Assembly (NCBI GenBank): GCA_030829955.1
Contig: JAURNY010000022.1
Coordinates: forward strand, 12,332 to 76,331
Length of the DNA: 64,000 nt
From: Gammaproteobacteria bacterium
GTDB lineage: Bacteria; Pseudomonadota; Gammaproteobacteria; Eutrophobiales; Eutrophobiaceae
Reading direction: 5' to 3'
In this document: piece by piece, positions 1-9,090 of the stretch
Numbering within the stretch: position 1 is the first letter of the stretch
Layout of the letters: the number at the start of each line of letters is the position of its first letter
Position numbers and translations under genes: made by a program
Notes under the pieces: generated by a model
Told to the model about the DNA's origin: nothing
Databases searched by the model: none
The model's input: the letters and a program-made list of their open reading frames with translations, nothing else

Positions 1-1
1 A

Positions 2-703
2 ATGTGTGTGTCTCGTCCTACGAATCCTACAGGTAATGTGCTAACCAATGATGAAATGAATGGTTTGATACAACTAGCAGAAGACTATGCAGTACCATTG
101 ATTGTCGATAATGCCTATGGCGCGCCTTTTCCTAATATAGTTTTTAGTGATATATCGCCTCTATGGAATCCAAACATGATTTATTGTTTGAGCCTTTCCA
201 AGGTTGGTTTGCCCGGAACGAGAACAGGTATAGTTATCGCGAATGAAGAAGTTATTACATTAATTCGCAATATGAATGCTATCATCAATCTGGCCCCAGC
301 AAATCTTGGTGCCATGATAGCTTATGATTTGATACAAAGTGGTGAACTGGTTAGATTATCTAATCTATTAATCAAAAATTATTATCGTGAACGTTTACAA
401 CATACATTATCTATTGTTGATAGAGAAATGGATGGTATTAATTATTTATTACACCGCCCTGAAGGAGCAATCTTTTTGTGGTTATGGTTGCCGGATTTAC
501 CAATTAGCACACTTGAACTTTACCAGCGGTTGAAAGAAAGGAAGGTATTAGTGGTTCCTGGCGAATATTTTTTCCCCGGACTTGAAGAAGATGACTGGAT
601 ACATAAACATCAATGCATTCGACTTACCTACTCGATGCAGGCAGATACAGTAGAAGCTGGCATCAGGATTATTGCTGAAGAATTAAGAAATGTAATGAAT
701 TAA
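2..703 (+). CDS. avtA: valine--pyruvate / class I aminotransferase, C-terminal part (5' end outside window)
   Basis: ORF is open to the window edge. SRPTNPTGN, PLP-lysine block SLSKVGLPGTRTG, PEGAIFLWLW and HQCIRLTY are colinear with E. coli AvtA as I recall it. Confidence 0.8.
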   Translation: MCVSRPTNPTGNVLTNDEMNGLIQLAEDYAVPLIVDNAYGAPFPNIVFSDISPLWNPNMIYCLSLSKVGLPGTRTGIVIANEEVITLIRNMNAIINLAPANLGAMIAYDLIQSGELVRLSNLLIKNYYRERLQHTLSIVDREMDGINYLLHRPEGAIFLWLWLPDLPISTLELYQRLKERKVLVVPGEYFFPGLEEDDWIHKHQCIRLTYSMQADTVEAGIRIIAEELRNVMN

Positions 704-705
704 GC

Positions 706-1692
706 CTAATGATGTTGTAATTTATCGAGTAAATTTGCACCGAAACTAAAAAGTCGTTCCTGCCAGTTACGTTTTTGTTCAAAACTGATTTGGTAGACTT
801 GACTTTCTTTTACTGCTTCAGCCAGATAATCATCACTGGTGATTAGCTGATCAACAAGTTTTAGTTCAATGGCTTGCTTGCCATACCAATGTTCACCTGT
901 TGCTATCTTATCTATATCTACCTCTTCACGATTTTCCTTTACAAAATCCTTGAACAATTTATGTGTTTCTTCTAATTCCTGTTTGAATTTTTCTCTATCT
1001 GCATCTGTATTTTCGCCAAATAGTGTTAATGTGCGCTTGTATTCACCTGCAGTAATCTGTTCATAATCAATATCCATTCTTTTTAATAAACGATTAAAGT
1101 TTGGTATTTGTGCCAATACACCAACGGAACCCAGAATAGCAAATGGTGCTGCGATAATTTGATTGGCAACGCAGGCCATCATATAACCACCACTAGCGGC
1201 GACTTTATCTACAGCAGCTGTTAATTTAATACCTCGATCACGTATGCGTCTGAGTTGGGATGCGCCCAGACCATATCCATGTACTATACCTCCTCCACTT
1301 TCGATCAAAACTACTACTTCATCCTTGTCTGTTGCTATAGTTAGAAGAGCTGATATCTCTTCTCTAAGCGATGAAACTGCAGACGCCTTAATATCTCCTT
1401 TAAAATCCAGAACAAAAACCTTTTTGTCTTCTGAACCTGTCTTATCTTTTTCCTTATATTTTTGCTTTTTTTCTTTTAGAAATTTCTTTAGCTGTTTCTT
1501 TGATAAGGTTTGCGAGTTGAGCAACATGCTCATGGTTTCAAATTTTTCATTCAGGTTTTTTACTTCAAGTTTCTCCGCATCATGTTTGTTGCGACTTGCA
1601 AGTATGATAATTACGCCAATAGCGATTAATAATAAAATAACAACGCTGCTAAACTTGGCCAGAAACATGCTGTATTCGCTTAAAAAATCCAA
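706..1692 (-). CDS. sohB: S49-family inner-membrane peptidase SohB
   Basis: N-terminal TM helix, Lys-rich linker, then a ClpP/SppA-like core (VVVLIESGGGIVHGYG, AVDKVAASGGYMMACVAN). Length of 328 aa fits SohB. Confidence 0.85.
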   Translation of the reverse strand: MDFLSEYSMFLAKFSSVVILLLIAIGVIIILASRNKHDAEKLEVKNLNEKFETMSMLLNSQTLSKKQLKKFLKEKKQKYKEKDKTGSEDKKVFVLDFKGDIKASAVSSLREEISALLTIATDKDEVVVLIESGGGIVHGYGLGASQLRRIRDRGIKLTAAVDKVAASGGYMMACVANQIIAAPFAILGSVGVLAQIPNFNRLLKRMDIDYEQITAGEYKRTLTLFGENTDADREKFKQELEETHKLFKDFVKENREEVDIDKIATGEHWYGKQAIELKLVDQLITSDDYLAEAVKESQVYQISFEQKRNWQERLFSFGANLLDKLQHH

Positions 1693-2237
1693 CTTATTCT
1701 CCTGAAGATGATGGTAATAGTAATTTGTTATTAGTAGAGCATATTAGGCAGAAAAAGTTTATCAATATTACCATTAGATGAAAAAATTTTTTAACTGATT
1801 TACGGTGATATTATTTTTTTATAATGACGCAATTCAGCATTTTTTTATAATCTAATTAATGACGTTATCGCCTTATGATTTAAACATTATTTTCGAGCAT
1901 TTCAATAATCCTAATTATGCACATCTCATTTTCTATAGATAAAATAATCTGCTGAAATAATTTACCATGTATACCCAGTATTAATATACTGTTTTACTCT
2001 TATGCCATTTGCATACATGAGTCAAAATCTATACTGACTTAATGGGTAACAGCCTTTAGCGGATTTTTGATAATATCGAGTTACACTAAAATAACTCCTG
2101 ATAGAAGCTTGTCGACAAATGTTTTGAACAATTTTTGATATTCTCATTATCATCAATAATTAATATTTTTTAAAGTCATGATTCAGGCATTAAATATTTT
2201 ATTAAAAAACTATTATAACCATTAGGTTTGTTTTTTT

Positions 2238-2876
2238 TTAGTTACCTGCTTTCTGAATAATGCGATTTGTTTCTTCCTGTCTTCGTTTGATAACATCCAT
2301 AAATGCAAAGGCAACATGTGGTACATGCTCAAAATAATGAGTTAACCTTTTATAGGCAACCTTTAATAAGATGCAAGGTGTTATCGAGCGAATCGATGCA
2401 CTTCGAATCCCATCCTGAAAATAACCCATCTCACCTATAGGTTGTACTGGATCAACATAAGCAACGTGAATTTCATTATTATGTTTATCATGAGTGAAGA
2501 CTTCCAATTTGCCGTTAACCAATACATACAAGGTGGGGTCATATTCACCTTCGAAGATGAATTGTTGATCTGTATCAATAATCAATTCTGAAAAATGATT
2601 ACCAATGCCAGATAGTTCTGCGCTTGTTAACGATGCGAAAACCGGGCAATGCGCAAGTCGCTCTGCTCGTTGGCGACGTAAAGCATTATTTAATTGATCC
2701 TCCGAGATCATTTTTTCAGATAATAGAATTTCACCAATCAGTTTTACCTTTTGGTTTTTTATCTTCGAATTACGCTTTTTCTGTATAGCGATTCGAATAG
2801 AGCCAAGTGAGCAGGGTAGGTACTCACCGAGCAATTTAGGTCTTGGAGGAGGGGTTTTATTAGTCATCACTATCAT
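2238..2876 (-). CDS. cyclic-nucleotide-binding (Crp/cNMP) domain protein with N-terminal GspE-N/MshEN-like motif
   Basis: cNMP beta-barrel signature (FIFEGEYDPTLYVLVNGKLEVF ... PIGEMGYF ... RSASIRS). The ORF-track start at 2915 is a GTG with no SD. GGAG precedes the ATGs at 2876 and 2867, so the start is uncertain within about 50 nt. Confidence 0.7.
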   Translation of the reverse strand: MIVMTNKTPPPRPKLLGEYLPCSLGSIRIAIQKKRNSKIKNQKVKLIGEILLSEKMISEDQLNNALRRQRAERLAHCPVFASLTSAELSGIGNHFSELIIDTDQQFIFEGEYDPTLYVLVNGKLEVFTHDKHNNEIHVAYVDPVQPIGEMGYFQDGIRSASIRSITPCILLKVAYKRLTHYFEHVPHVAFAFMDVIKRRQEETNRIIQKAGN

Positions 2877-3415
2877 TATCTCCAGATTTCCTGAAATCTT
2901 AGGAGATTCAAACACTCAAGGCAAAAGATTTAGATAAAATTAATGATATTTTGTTTTGAAACTAGGATTTATTTATAAAGTGCAAAACGTTAAGTTATTT
3001 AGTTTTATTATCTACTTATATGTAATAGTTAATTTGGAAAAAAATATCTACACCTGTAGAAGTCTAATTTTGATTTGTATGCTCTTGTTTACTGTTTACT
3101 ACAAATCGAGACTCTGCCTCGGCAACATCAATTAAAATAAAATGACGCTGGTGATTATTTTATCGATACTAAGGATAGTGTTTTGATCATTGAACTAGCG
3201 ATTATTAAATTAGGTTATAGTTCCAAATGGATTTTGGATTATATCAAGATCGAATCGATAGATAATGATAGCATTCGCTGGGTGTTTATTGATTTACGAA
3301 ACGGCAGCACCTTTGACTAGCTAAATGCAGAAAACTGGTTGTACTTTCTTGATGAGGCTTATCCTCAATTGAAATAGATTTCATTAAAATGTTTTCGAGA
3401 TGAAGAATGCCCATG

Positions 3416-3444
3416 AAAAAAGCCCGACTATATCGGGCTTTTTT
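3416..3444. terminator. bidirectional rho-independent terminator
   Basis: aaaaaAGCCCGActataTCGGGCTttttt: perfect 7-bp GC-rich stem flanked by an A-tract and a T-tract, 22 nt after the SDR gene stop. Confidence 0.75.
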
Positions 3445-3465
3445 ACTGAATGACAAGCTCTTTCG

Positions 3466-4284
3466 TTAAGCTGGTGAAGGATGCCAGCCAGCATCTGCCC
3501 AAAGTTCACCACTAATTACTGAGTTGGAAATCATGAAGCAGATGGCATCTGCGATTTCTGCTGGGCGAATTAAGCGACCTAGCTGGGTATCTGGTAATAC
3601 ATATTTTTCAATATACTCATCTCCCATAGCACGAACCATTGGTGTATCCGTAAAACCGGGATGAATCACACCACAACGCACACCATGAAAAATCGCTTCT
3701 TTAGTTAAGGTTGCTGCTGCGCCTTCAATACCTGCTTTGGTAGAGGCATAAGAAACTTGACCTTTATTACCCTGAGATGAAATAGAACCAATGAAAACTA
3801 CAGTGCCTTGTACTCTTTCGTCGGGATGCCATTTCTTTAAACCTTTAACTGCTCGATCTTCAGCAATCATGGCAATCATATGCATAGCCCAGTAAACAGG
3901 AGCGATCAAGTTGACATCAACAACAAGTTTGAAGTTTTCAACAGGATACATTGAAGCTTTTTTTGTTTCTTTGTCCACTCTAACTGCCAGATCGTCACGA
4001 GTAATACCTGCAGCTGGAATACAAATAGAAGGTAATCCATATTTCGCTTTCATTTCTTCAAAGACTGATGTGCGAAATTCTTCGTCACAAGTATTTCCCT
4101 TGAAAGGTACACATATGTCAGCATTTGCTTCGTTATTGATCTGTTCTGCAGCAATTTCGATATTGTCTGACATATCCACCAAAGCTAGTTTTTTTACGCC
4201 GCGTTTTGCAAGCTCAAAACTGACTGCGTTACCAATACCGCTGCCACCGCCAGTGATTACACCTACTCTGCCTTTAATTTCCAT
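3466..4284 (-). CDS. short-chain dehydrogenase/reductase (SDR) family oxidoreductase
   Basis: TGGGSGIG Rossmann motif at the N-terminus, YASTK catalytic Tyr-x3-Lys, PGFTDTPM. Confidence 0.85.
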   Translation of the reverse strand: MEIKGRVGVITGGGSGIGNAVSFELAKRGVKKLALVDMSDNIEIAAEQINNEANADICVPFKGNTCDEEFRTSVFEEMKAKYGLPSICIPAAGITRDDLAVRVDKETKKASMYPVENFKLVVDVNLIAPVYWAMHMIAMIAEDRAVKGLKKWHPDERVQGTVVFIGSISSQGNKGQVSYASTKAGIEGAAATLTKEAIFHGVRCGVIHPGFTDTPMVRAMGDEYIEKYVLPDTQLGRLIRPAEIADAICFMISNSVISGELWADAGWHPSPA

Positions 4285-4428
4285 GCTTTACCTCTTTATC
4301 AAATGGAAAAATAATATATTGGTAATTGTAAACTATATTTATTGCACTGCAATATAAATCTCGTAAATAGTAGATTTATTATTGATTACAATAATTTAGC
4401 TAGATTTCTATCAGATGATCCATAAGAT

Positions 4429-5154
4429 TCATACCATCGTCTTTAGAATCAAGCTGATACCGCTTATTAGCATAAAAAATAGGGCATATTTTTTAAATTG
4501 AAGGGCATCGAGCCGGCATAAATATGATTTCGCTATTATGACACCCAGAATAGCGCCAAGTCCTAAACTCAATCCATAATAACCAATTTGCATGGTCAAT
4601 ATACCAAAACTACCATAACTAATGAGCTTGGTCAGTTGCATGATCAGGGAATTTAGTGATTTAGTTGCGATCATTTTTTCTTTAATTAAGCCGTAATTCA
4701 CCAAAAAAGGGTTGTGAGCAGGACCAGTGGCGCCAATCAGACCAGATAAATAGGAGATAATAAAACCAACGGGGAAAAATATTGGTAATACGACCCTGAA
4801 GTTTAGCCGCTCTGTGAAATAAAATTGTTGAACCACATAGAGAATCAAGAAACTTCCGATAATGAATTGGATGACCGTGGCGTCTATTTGACTAATCGAC
4901 CATGCACCACAAATTGAGCCCAGAATACTCCCTGGAAGCATATAGCGAATTACTTGCCAGTCGATATCGTTACGAAAAATATAAACACGTGAAGGATTCG
5001 CTAACAAAGCCGCAATCGAAATCACAGGCGCTGTTAAATTAGCGCCTAACCAAAGTGAAATAATTGGCATGAGAATCGTAGCTGCACCACCTGCTACGAT
5101 GGTGCTAAAACACCAAGCAATTACTCCACATGTAAATAATAATATAAAGCTCAT
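4429..5154 (-). CDS. TauE/SafE (DUF81) family anion exporter membrane protein
   Basis: 241 aa, multi-pass hydrophobic protein with internal duplication. Gly-rich helices are typical of the sulfite-exporter TauE/SafE family. Confidence 0.7.
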   Translation of the reverse strand: MSFILLFTCGVIAWCFSTIVAGGAATILMPIISLWLGANLTAPVISIAALLANPSRVYIFRNDIDWQVIRYMLPGSILGSICGAWSISQIDATVIQFIIGSFLILYVVQQFYFTERLNFRVVLPIFFPVGFIISYLSGLIGATGPAHNPFLVNYGLIKEKMIATKSLNSLIMQLTKLISYGSFGILTMQIGYYGLSLGLGAILGVIIAKSYLCRLDALQFKKYALFFMLISGISLILKTMV

Positions 5155-5213
5155 GCGACAATTCTATGCTAATTGAGTTACCATCTTGTGAATATTGAAA
5201 TTGGAAATATACA

Positions 5214-5492
5214 TTGGATATCAAAGTTAAACATACATCTGTTGGTCGAGGTTTAGGTTGGCTGAGCGATGGAATAGAATATTTTTTAGGTAACCCAATG
5301 GGGTGGATTGGTGCATTAATTGTTACCTTTATCAATCATATGTCGATTAGTCTGGTGCCAGTCCTTGGTCTTCTAGCCATCTATTTTTTACCGCTAGTTT
5401 TTGGTTATTTCATATTACTATCTGTCATTATCGGAAGTATTTATGTCGCTTATAAGGACTGTTTTGACGTGTCAGGCACTGAGTCAACATAG
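5214..5492 (+). CDS. small membrane protein (short; possibly truncated member of a GxGWL membrane family)
   Basis: TTG start, two predicted TM helices, ends 4 nt before msrA. No family assigned with confidence. Confidence 0.4.
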   Translation: MDIKVKHTSVGRGLGWLSDGIEYFLGNPMGWIGALIVTFINHMSISLVPVLGLLAIYFLPLVFGYFILLSVIIGSIYVAYKDCFDVSGTEST

Positions 5493-5495
5493 GGT

Positions 5496-6137
5496 ATGTT
5501 ATTTAGCAAAATGAAAAAAATGAGCATGCCCACGGCTACAGAAGCATTGCCAGGTAGAGATGAGCCATTAAAGGTAAGTGCAAATCACTTCGTAAAAGGT
5601 AATGTCATCAAACCACCTTTTCCTGAATCTTGTCAGAAAATAATCTTTGGAATGGGCTGTTTTTGGGGAGCGGAAAGAAAGTTTTGGCAACTTGGCGGAG
5701 TATTCAGTACTGCAGTCGGCTATGCCGGTGGCTATACACCTAACCCAAGCTACGAAGAAGTATGTACCGGCATGACAGGACATAATGAAGTGGTATTGGT
5801 TGTCTATCAAACTTCAGAAATAAGTTTTCAGGAATTAGTAAATATATTTTGGGAATCACATAATCCAACTCAAGGGATGAGACAAGGAAATGATAGCGGT
5901 ACGCAATACCGCTCTGGTATTTACACTTTTATTGAAGAGCAGCAGGAGCAGGCGTTATCATCCAGAAATGATTATCAGGAAAAATTAAATGCAGCTGGCT
6001 ATGGACAAATCACAACTGAAATCATGAATGCGCCAGAGTTTTATTATGCTGAAGATTATCATCAGCAATATTTGGCAAAAAATCCTGGCGGTTATTGTGG
6101 TTTGGGTGGCACAGGCGTAAAGGTAAAAAATAGCTAG
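5496..6137 (+). CDS. msrA: peptide-methionine (S)-S-oxide reductase
   Basis: GMGCFWGAE active-site motif, [42 protein letters not shown]. Colinear with E. coli MsrA. Confidence 0.95.
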   Translation: MLFSKMKKMSMPTATEALPGRDEPLKVSANHFVKGNVIKPPFPESCQKIIFGMGCFWGAERKFWQLGGVFSTAVGYAGGYTPNPSYEEVCTGMTGHNEVVLVVYQTSEISFQELVNIFWESHNPTQGMRQGNDSGTQYRSGIYTFIEEQQEQALSSRNDYQEKLNAAGYGQITTEIMNAPEFYYAEDYHQQYLAKNPGGYCGLGGTGVKVKNS

Positions 6138-6271
6138 ATTTTTTTGCGCTTACTTTTTATTTTAGTAATAGCCTTTTTAACTGTCCCTACATCTTTTTTC
6201 ACGGATATCACAGCAGTTGATCTATGTGTAATAGCCATCATACTACCACCTGTTGTTCTAACGTAATACAT
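6134..6271 (-). CDS. candidate 45-aa basic small protein (below ORF-track cutoff)
   Basis: AGGAG lies 6 nt upstream of the ATG at 6271. Product is [45 protein letters not shown]. It starts 26 nt downstream of the PilZ-like gene on the same strand. No homology recognised. Confidence 0.25.
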   Translation of the reverse strand: MYYVRTTGGSMMAITHRSTAVISVKKDVGTVKKAITKIKSKRKKI

Positions 6272-6297
6272 AGTCTACTCCTAGAGAAACAATAGTT

Positions 6298-6801
6298 TTA
6301 ATTGACCGAAAATTGACTGGCAAATTTACCAATCCATTCTTCAGTTACTTTTTCCTGACTCAAAAATGGACCTTCACGATATTTTTTTTCGTTTAAATAG
6401 ATTTCGATGTGACAAATTTTTTCAATAATTCTTAGCTTCGGAGCATCTTCTGCATTTAATAACCATACTCCTAACTCGTAACCGGTTTCAGTTTGCTTTA
6501 CGGCGACAACTTTTGCCGAGAATTGATAGGTTTCTTTTTTAGTAGGAATTGTTATTTCAAGAATATTGCCGGGTTTTTCATATTTTTCACTTGAAAAAGT
6601 CAGACCAATATTGGCCTGATGACCAAATTCTAGTTTTGATTTTTCCCAGAAACGTAAACGCTTGTAATGGAGCGGGAAGCGTTTTGGGTGGTTGATGAAA
6701 CCCGTAAGTGATTCATTTTTAAAATCAATTTGTTTTTGTGACATCTGATCAGTTATTGATAATGACGAACTATCTACTATTTGAATACTTGTCGCCAGCA
6801 T
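6298..6801 (-). CDS. PilZ-like domain protein (c-di-GMP-binding motifs degenerate)
   Basis: Beta-barrel pattern KRFPLHYKRLRF ... ANIGLTF ... GNILEITIP ... AKVVAVKQ ... GYELGVWL resembles PilZ. However RxxxR and D/NxSxxG are not intact. GGGAG lies 6 nt before the ATG at 6801; the track start at 6822 is a TTG. Confidence 0.4.
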   Translation of the reverse strand: MLATSIQIVDSSSLSITDQMSQKQIDFKNESLTGFINHPKRFPLHYKRLRFWEKSKLEFGHQANIGLTFSSEKYEKPGNILEITIPTKKETYQFSAKVVAVKQTETGYELGVWLLNAEDAPKLRIIEKICHIEIYLNEKKYREGPFLSQEKVTEEWIGKFASQFSVN

Positions 6802-6890
6802 GATGATCTCCCAAACATTCAATTATTTATCCGACATTAAAGACTAGGTTGAAAGAATAATCAAGTATAAATACATAAATATCAATATTT

Positions 6891-6945
6891 TATATATTTA
6901 TTATTAAATTTAGCTTTAAATTTTAAATATAATAATAAATATATA
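6891..6945. repeat. perfect 15-bp inverted repeat (TATATATTTATTATT / AATAATAAATATATA) with 25-bp spacer in AT-rich intergenic region
   Basis: Read directly: 6891-6905 is the exact reverse complement of 6931-6945. Confidence 0.8.
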
Positions 6946-7291
6946 ACCTATTGAAATATATATGGTTAATTGTATAGATTGTATTGTCATCAATACAAGC
7001 AGGTACTAATTCAGCCATATATTCACCAATAATTACTTCATAAGCTTGCTATTCATTGCTGTCTACAAATAAATGGAACTAGGCCATGCCGGTAATTATT
7101 AAAATCACAGGCAGAATGACATCGTTTAACAGATAAAATTTTATATAATGTTTTATATTCATGCCCAACAATTGATAAAAAATTACTATTTACATAGTGT
7201 TTAAGAGTAATTCTTTGAACCAGTTACGTTACTGTTTTGTTTTTTTGTGTGCGGCTCCAGATTATTTCGTGCCTAGATGTGGAAATAAAAA

Positions 7292-7771
7292 ATGAAAATC
7301 ATAGTTGGCATCATCATCGCCATACTTCTTACAACAATATTTTTCTTATTTTGGTCTGATATTTCAGAGCTAACTGAAACATCATCTTTATCTACTCAGG
7401 AACAAGCTACTGAAGAAGTGATAACTGCCACTATTTCAGAACAACCGAAAAAGAAGATTGTTATTGAATACGATAGCAATGGTGAAGAGATGAAGAGTGA
7501 ATACAATAAACTTGAATCAGCACGATTGGAACTGAAACGTGCCTTGGCAAAAACAAAACATTTATTATGGGGTATGACTTTTCCGTCGGAACAGGCAAAA
7601 AAAATTAATGCGGTCATGTTAAATGCTCATAAATTTGAAAAAACACCGCGTATGTTAGGAGCATTTTTTGATGCGAAGGAAATCAGGAGTGAAATAGAAA
7701 AAGTTAATTTTGCCAAAAATGCATTAATTGATCTGGAAAAGTTAGTTAGTGAAGCTGAGCCAACTAATTAA
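7292..7771 (+). CDS. hypothetical membrane-anchored protein
   Basis: N-terminal TM helix, then an acidic linker and a helical C-terminal region. No recognisable family. Confidence 0.5.
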   Translation: MKIIVGIIIAILLTTIFFLFWSDISELTETSSLSTQEQATEEVITATISEQPKKKIVIEYDSNGEEMKSEYNKLESARLELKRALAKTKHLLWGMTFPSEQAKKINAVMLNAHKFEKTPRMLGAFFDAKEIRSEIEKVNFAKNALIDLEKLVSEAEPTN

Positions 7772-9044
7772 GCAAACTTGCTTTATATATTCCGGAATTA
7801 ATAGATGGAGAGGTTAATTTAACTTTCGTTATAGTATTTTCTAAATTTTCATCACAAACATGTTTTAATTCAACACGAATATAATTGTCGGTATATCCTG
7901 TCCAGAAACCATCTCCATTTTTTGTTTCCCATAATACTTCTCGTTGAGTATTTACGTGCTTATTCAAGAAGTTCAGTCGCATTGTCTGTGTCAACATATG
8001 TAAAGCATGACTACGTTGTTTTTTAAGATCATTTGCAACTGGTTCAGGTAATGTTGCTGCCTTAGTTCCAGCGCGAGGCGAGTAGGTAAAGATGTGAATA
8101 TGTGAAAATGCCATCTTCTCAATAAATGCTAATGATGCTTGCCACTCTTTATCACTTTCACCAGGAAAGCCGACAATAATATCTGTCGTAATATTAATAT
8201 CTGGAATCAGTTCTCTGGCTTTATTGATTAGTCCTGCAAAGTCATTGGTTTTGCAGCGTCTAGCCATTCGTCTTAGTACGCTGTCAACACCACTTTGTAA
8301 TGGTAAATGTAAATGAGGCATTAAACGTGGGTTAGAAAATAAAGAAAAAAACTTATCATCCAGTTCCCATGGTTCTAATGAACCCAATCTAATACGTGGA
8401 ACGGTAGTTTCAGATAAAATTGTATTTATTAATTGTGTTAGATTTGTATCAATATTACTGCCATAACCGCCCAGATGTACGCCGGTTAAAACAATTTCCT
8501 GTATACCTTTGGCATGAATCGAATTTATTTCTTCAATGATTGCGCTAATTTTTCGACTCTTTTCCTCGCCACGTGCAATAGTCACTATGCAAAAAGTGCA
8601 TCGATAACGGCAGCCATCCTGCACCTTGATAAATGCCCGATTTCTTCCACGTTGAAATATAGCAGCTTCATCGGGTTCACTTGCTAACATGGGCATTGCT
8701 TCTATGTTTAATTCATTAAGTACAATGTTGACCAAATCATCTTTTTGTTTATTTCCAACTATGAGATCAATGCTATCTATGTCTAGTTTTATATTCGAAT
8801 CAAGTGTCGCATAACACCCGCTAACAATTAGCTTTGCTTTAGGATTACGTTTATGTGCGCGTCGAATGATTTGCCGTGATTTTTTTACCGCTTCCTGTGT
8901 AACCGCGCAGGTATTTATCACAAGCAGATCGGCCTGTTCTGGTGTTTGCACAATATGATGACCCTGTGCTTGAAAATGTTCGGCCCAGGTCTCAAGTTCG
9001 GCTTCATTCAATCGACAGCCTAATGTTTGTAGGTGAATTTGCAT
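7764..9044 (-). CDS. mtaB: radical-SAM methylthiotransferase, MiaB/RimO family (MtaB-like)
   Basis: MQIHLQTLGCRLNEAE UPF0004 N-domain, CRYRCTFC radical-SAM cluster motif, C-terminal TRAM-like region. Start moved to Met24 (9044), which removes the overlap with the upstream gene. Confidence 0.75.
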   Translation of the reverse strand: MQIHLQTLGCRLNEAELETWAEHFQAQGHHIVQTPEQADLLVINTCAVTQEAVKKSRQIIRRAHKRNPKAKLIVSGCYATLDSNIKLDIDSIDLIVGNKQKDDLVNIVLNELNIEAMPMLASEPDEAAIFQRGRNRAFIKVQDGCRYRCTFCIVTIARGEEKSRKISAIIEEINSIHAKGIQEIVLTGVHLGGYGSNIDTNLTQLINTILSETTVPRIRLGSLEPWELDDKFFSLFSNPRLMPHLHLPLQSGVDSVLRRMARRCKTNDFAGLINKARELIPDINITTDIIVGFPGESDKEWQASLAFIEKMAFSHIHIFTYSPRAGTKAATLPEPVANDLKKQRSHALHMLTQTMRLNFLNKHVNTQREVLWETKNGDGFWTGYTDNYIRVELKHVCDENLENTITKVKLTSPSINSGIYKASLLN

Positions 9045-9090
9045 GGCGCGAACTATAGCAAAAGTAAAATTGAATGCGACTATTTGGTTT

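Noticed and set aside
1244-1705. ORF-track entries antisense to or nested in long conserved genes (e.g. 869-1066, 1244-1705, 3911-4357, 5105-5335, 5568-5810, 13440-13664, 22900-23196, 27468-27893, 43038-43412, 49580-49960, 57005-57502, 61714-62010)
   Set aside because: These are shadow ORFs opposite well-supported genes. They have low-complexity Ser/Leu/Ile-rich translations, no SD sequences and no recognisable motifs.
1693-2237. 545-bp AT-rich gap with short direct repeats (TTTTTTTATAAT twice, TAATGACG twice), screened for sRNA, tRNA or small ORFs
   Set aside because: I found no tRNA-like arms, no terminator, and no SD-preceded ORF longer than about 27 codons. The repeats are short and compatible with promoter-like AT-rich DNA.
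6923-7018. 31-codon minus-strand ORF (MAELVPACIDDNTIYTINHIYFNRLYIYYYI) with a GGTGA upstream
   Set aside because: Its 3' half is simply a translation of the AT-rich inverted repeat (Tyr/Ile/Asn run). It shows no protein-like composition.
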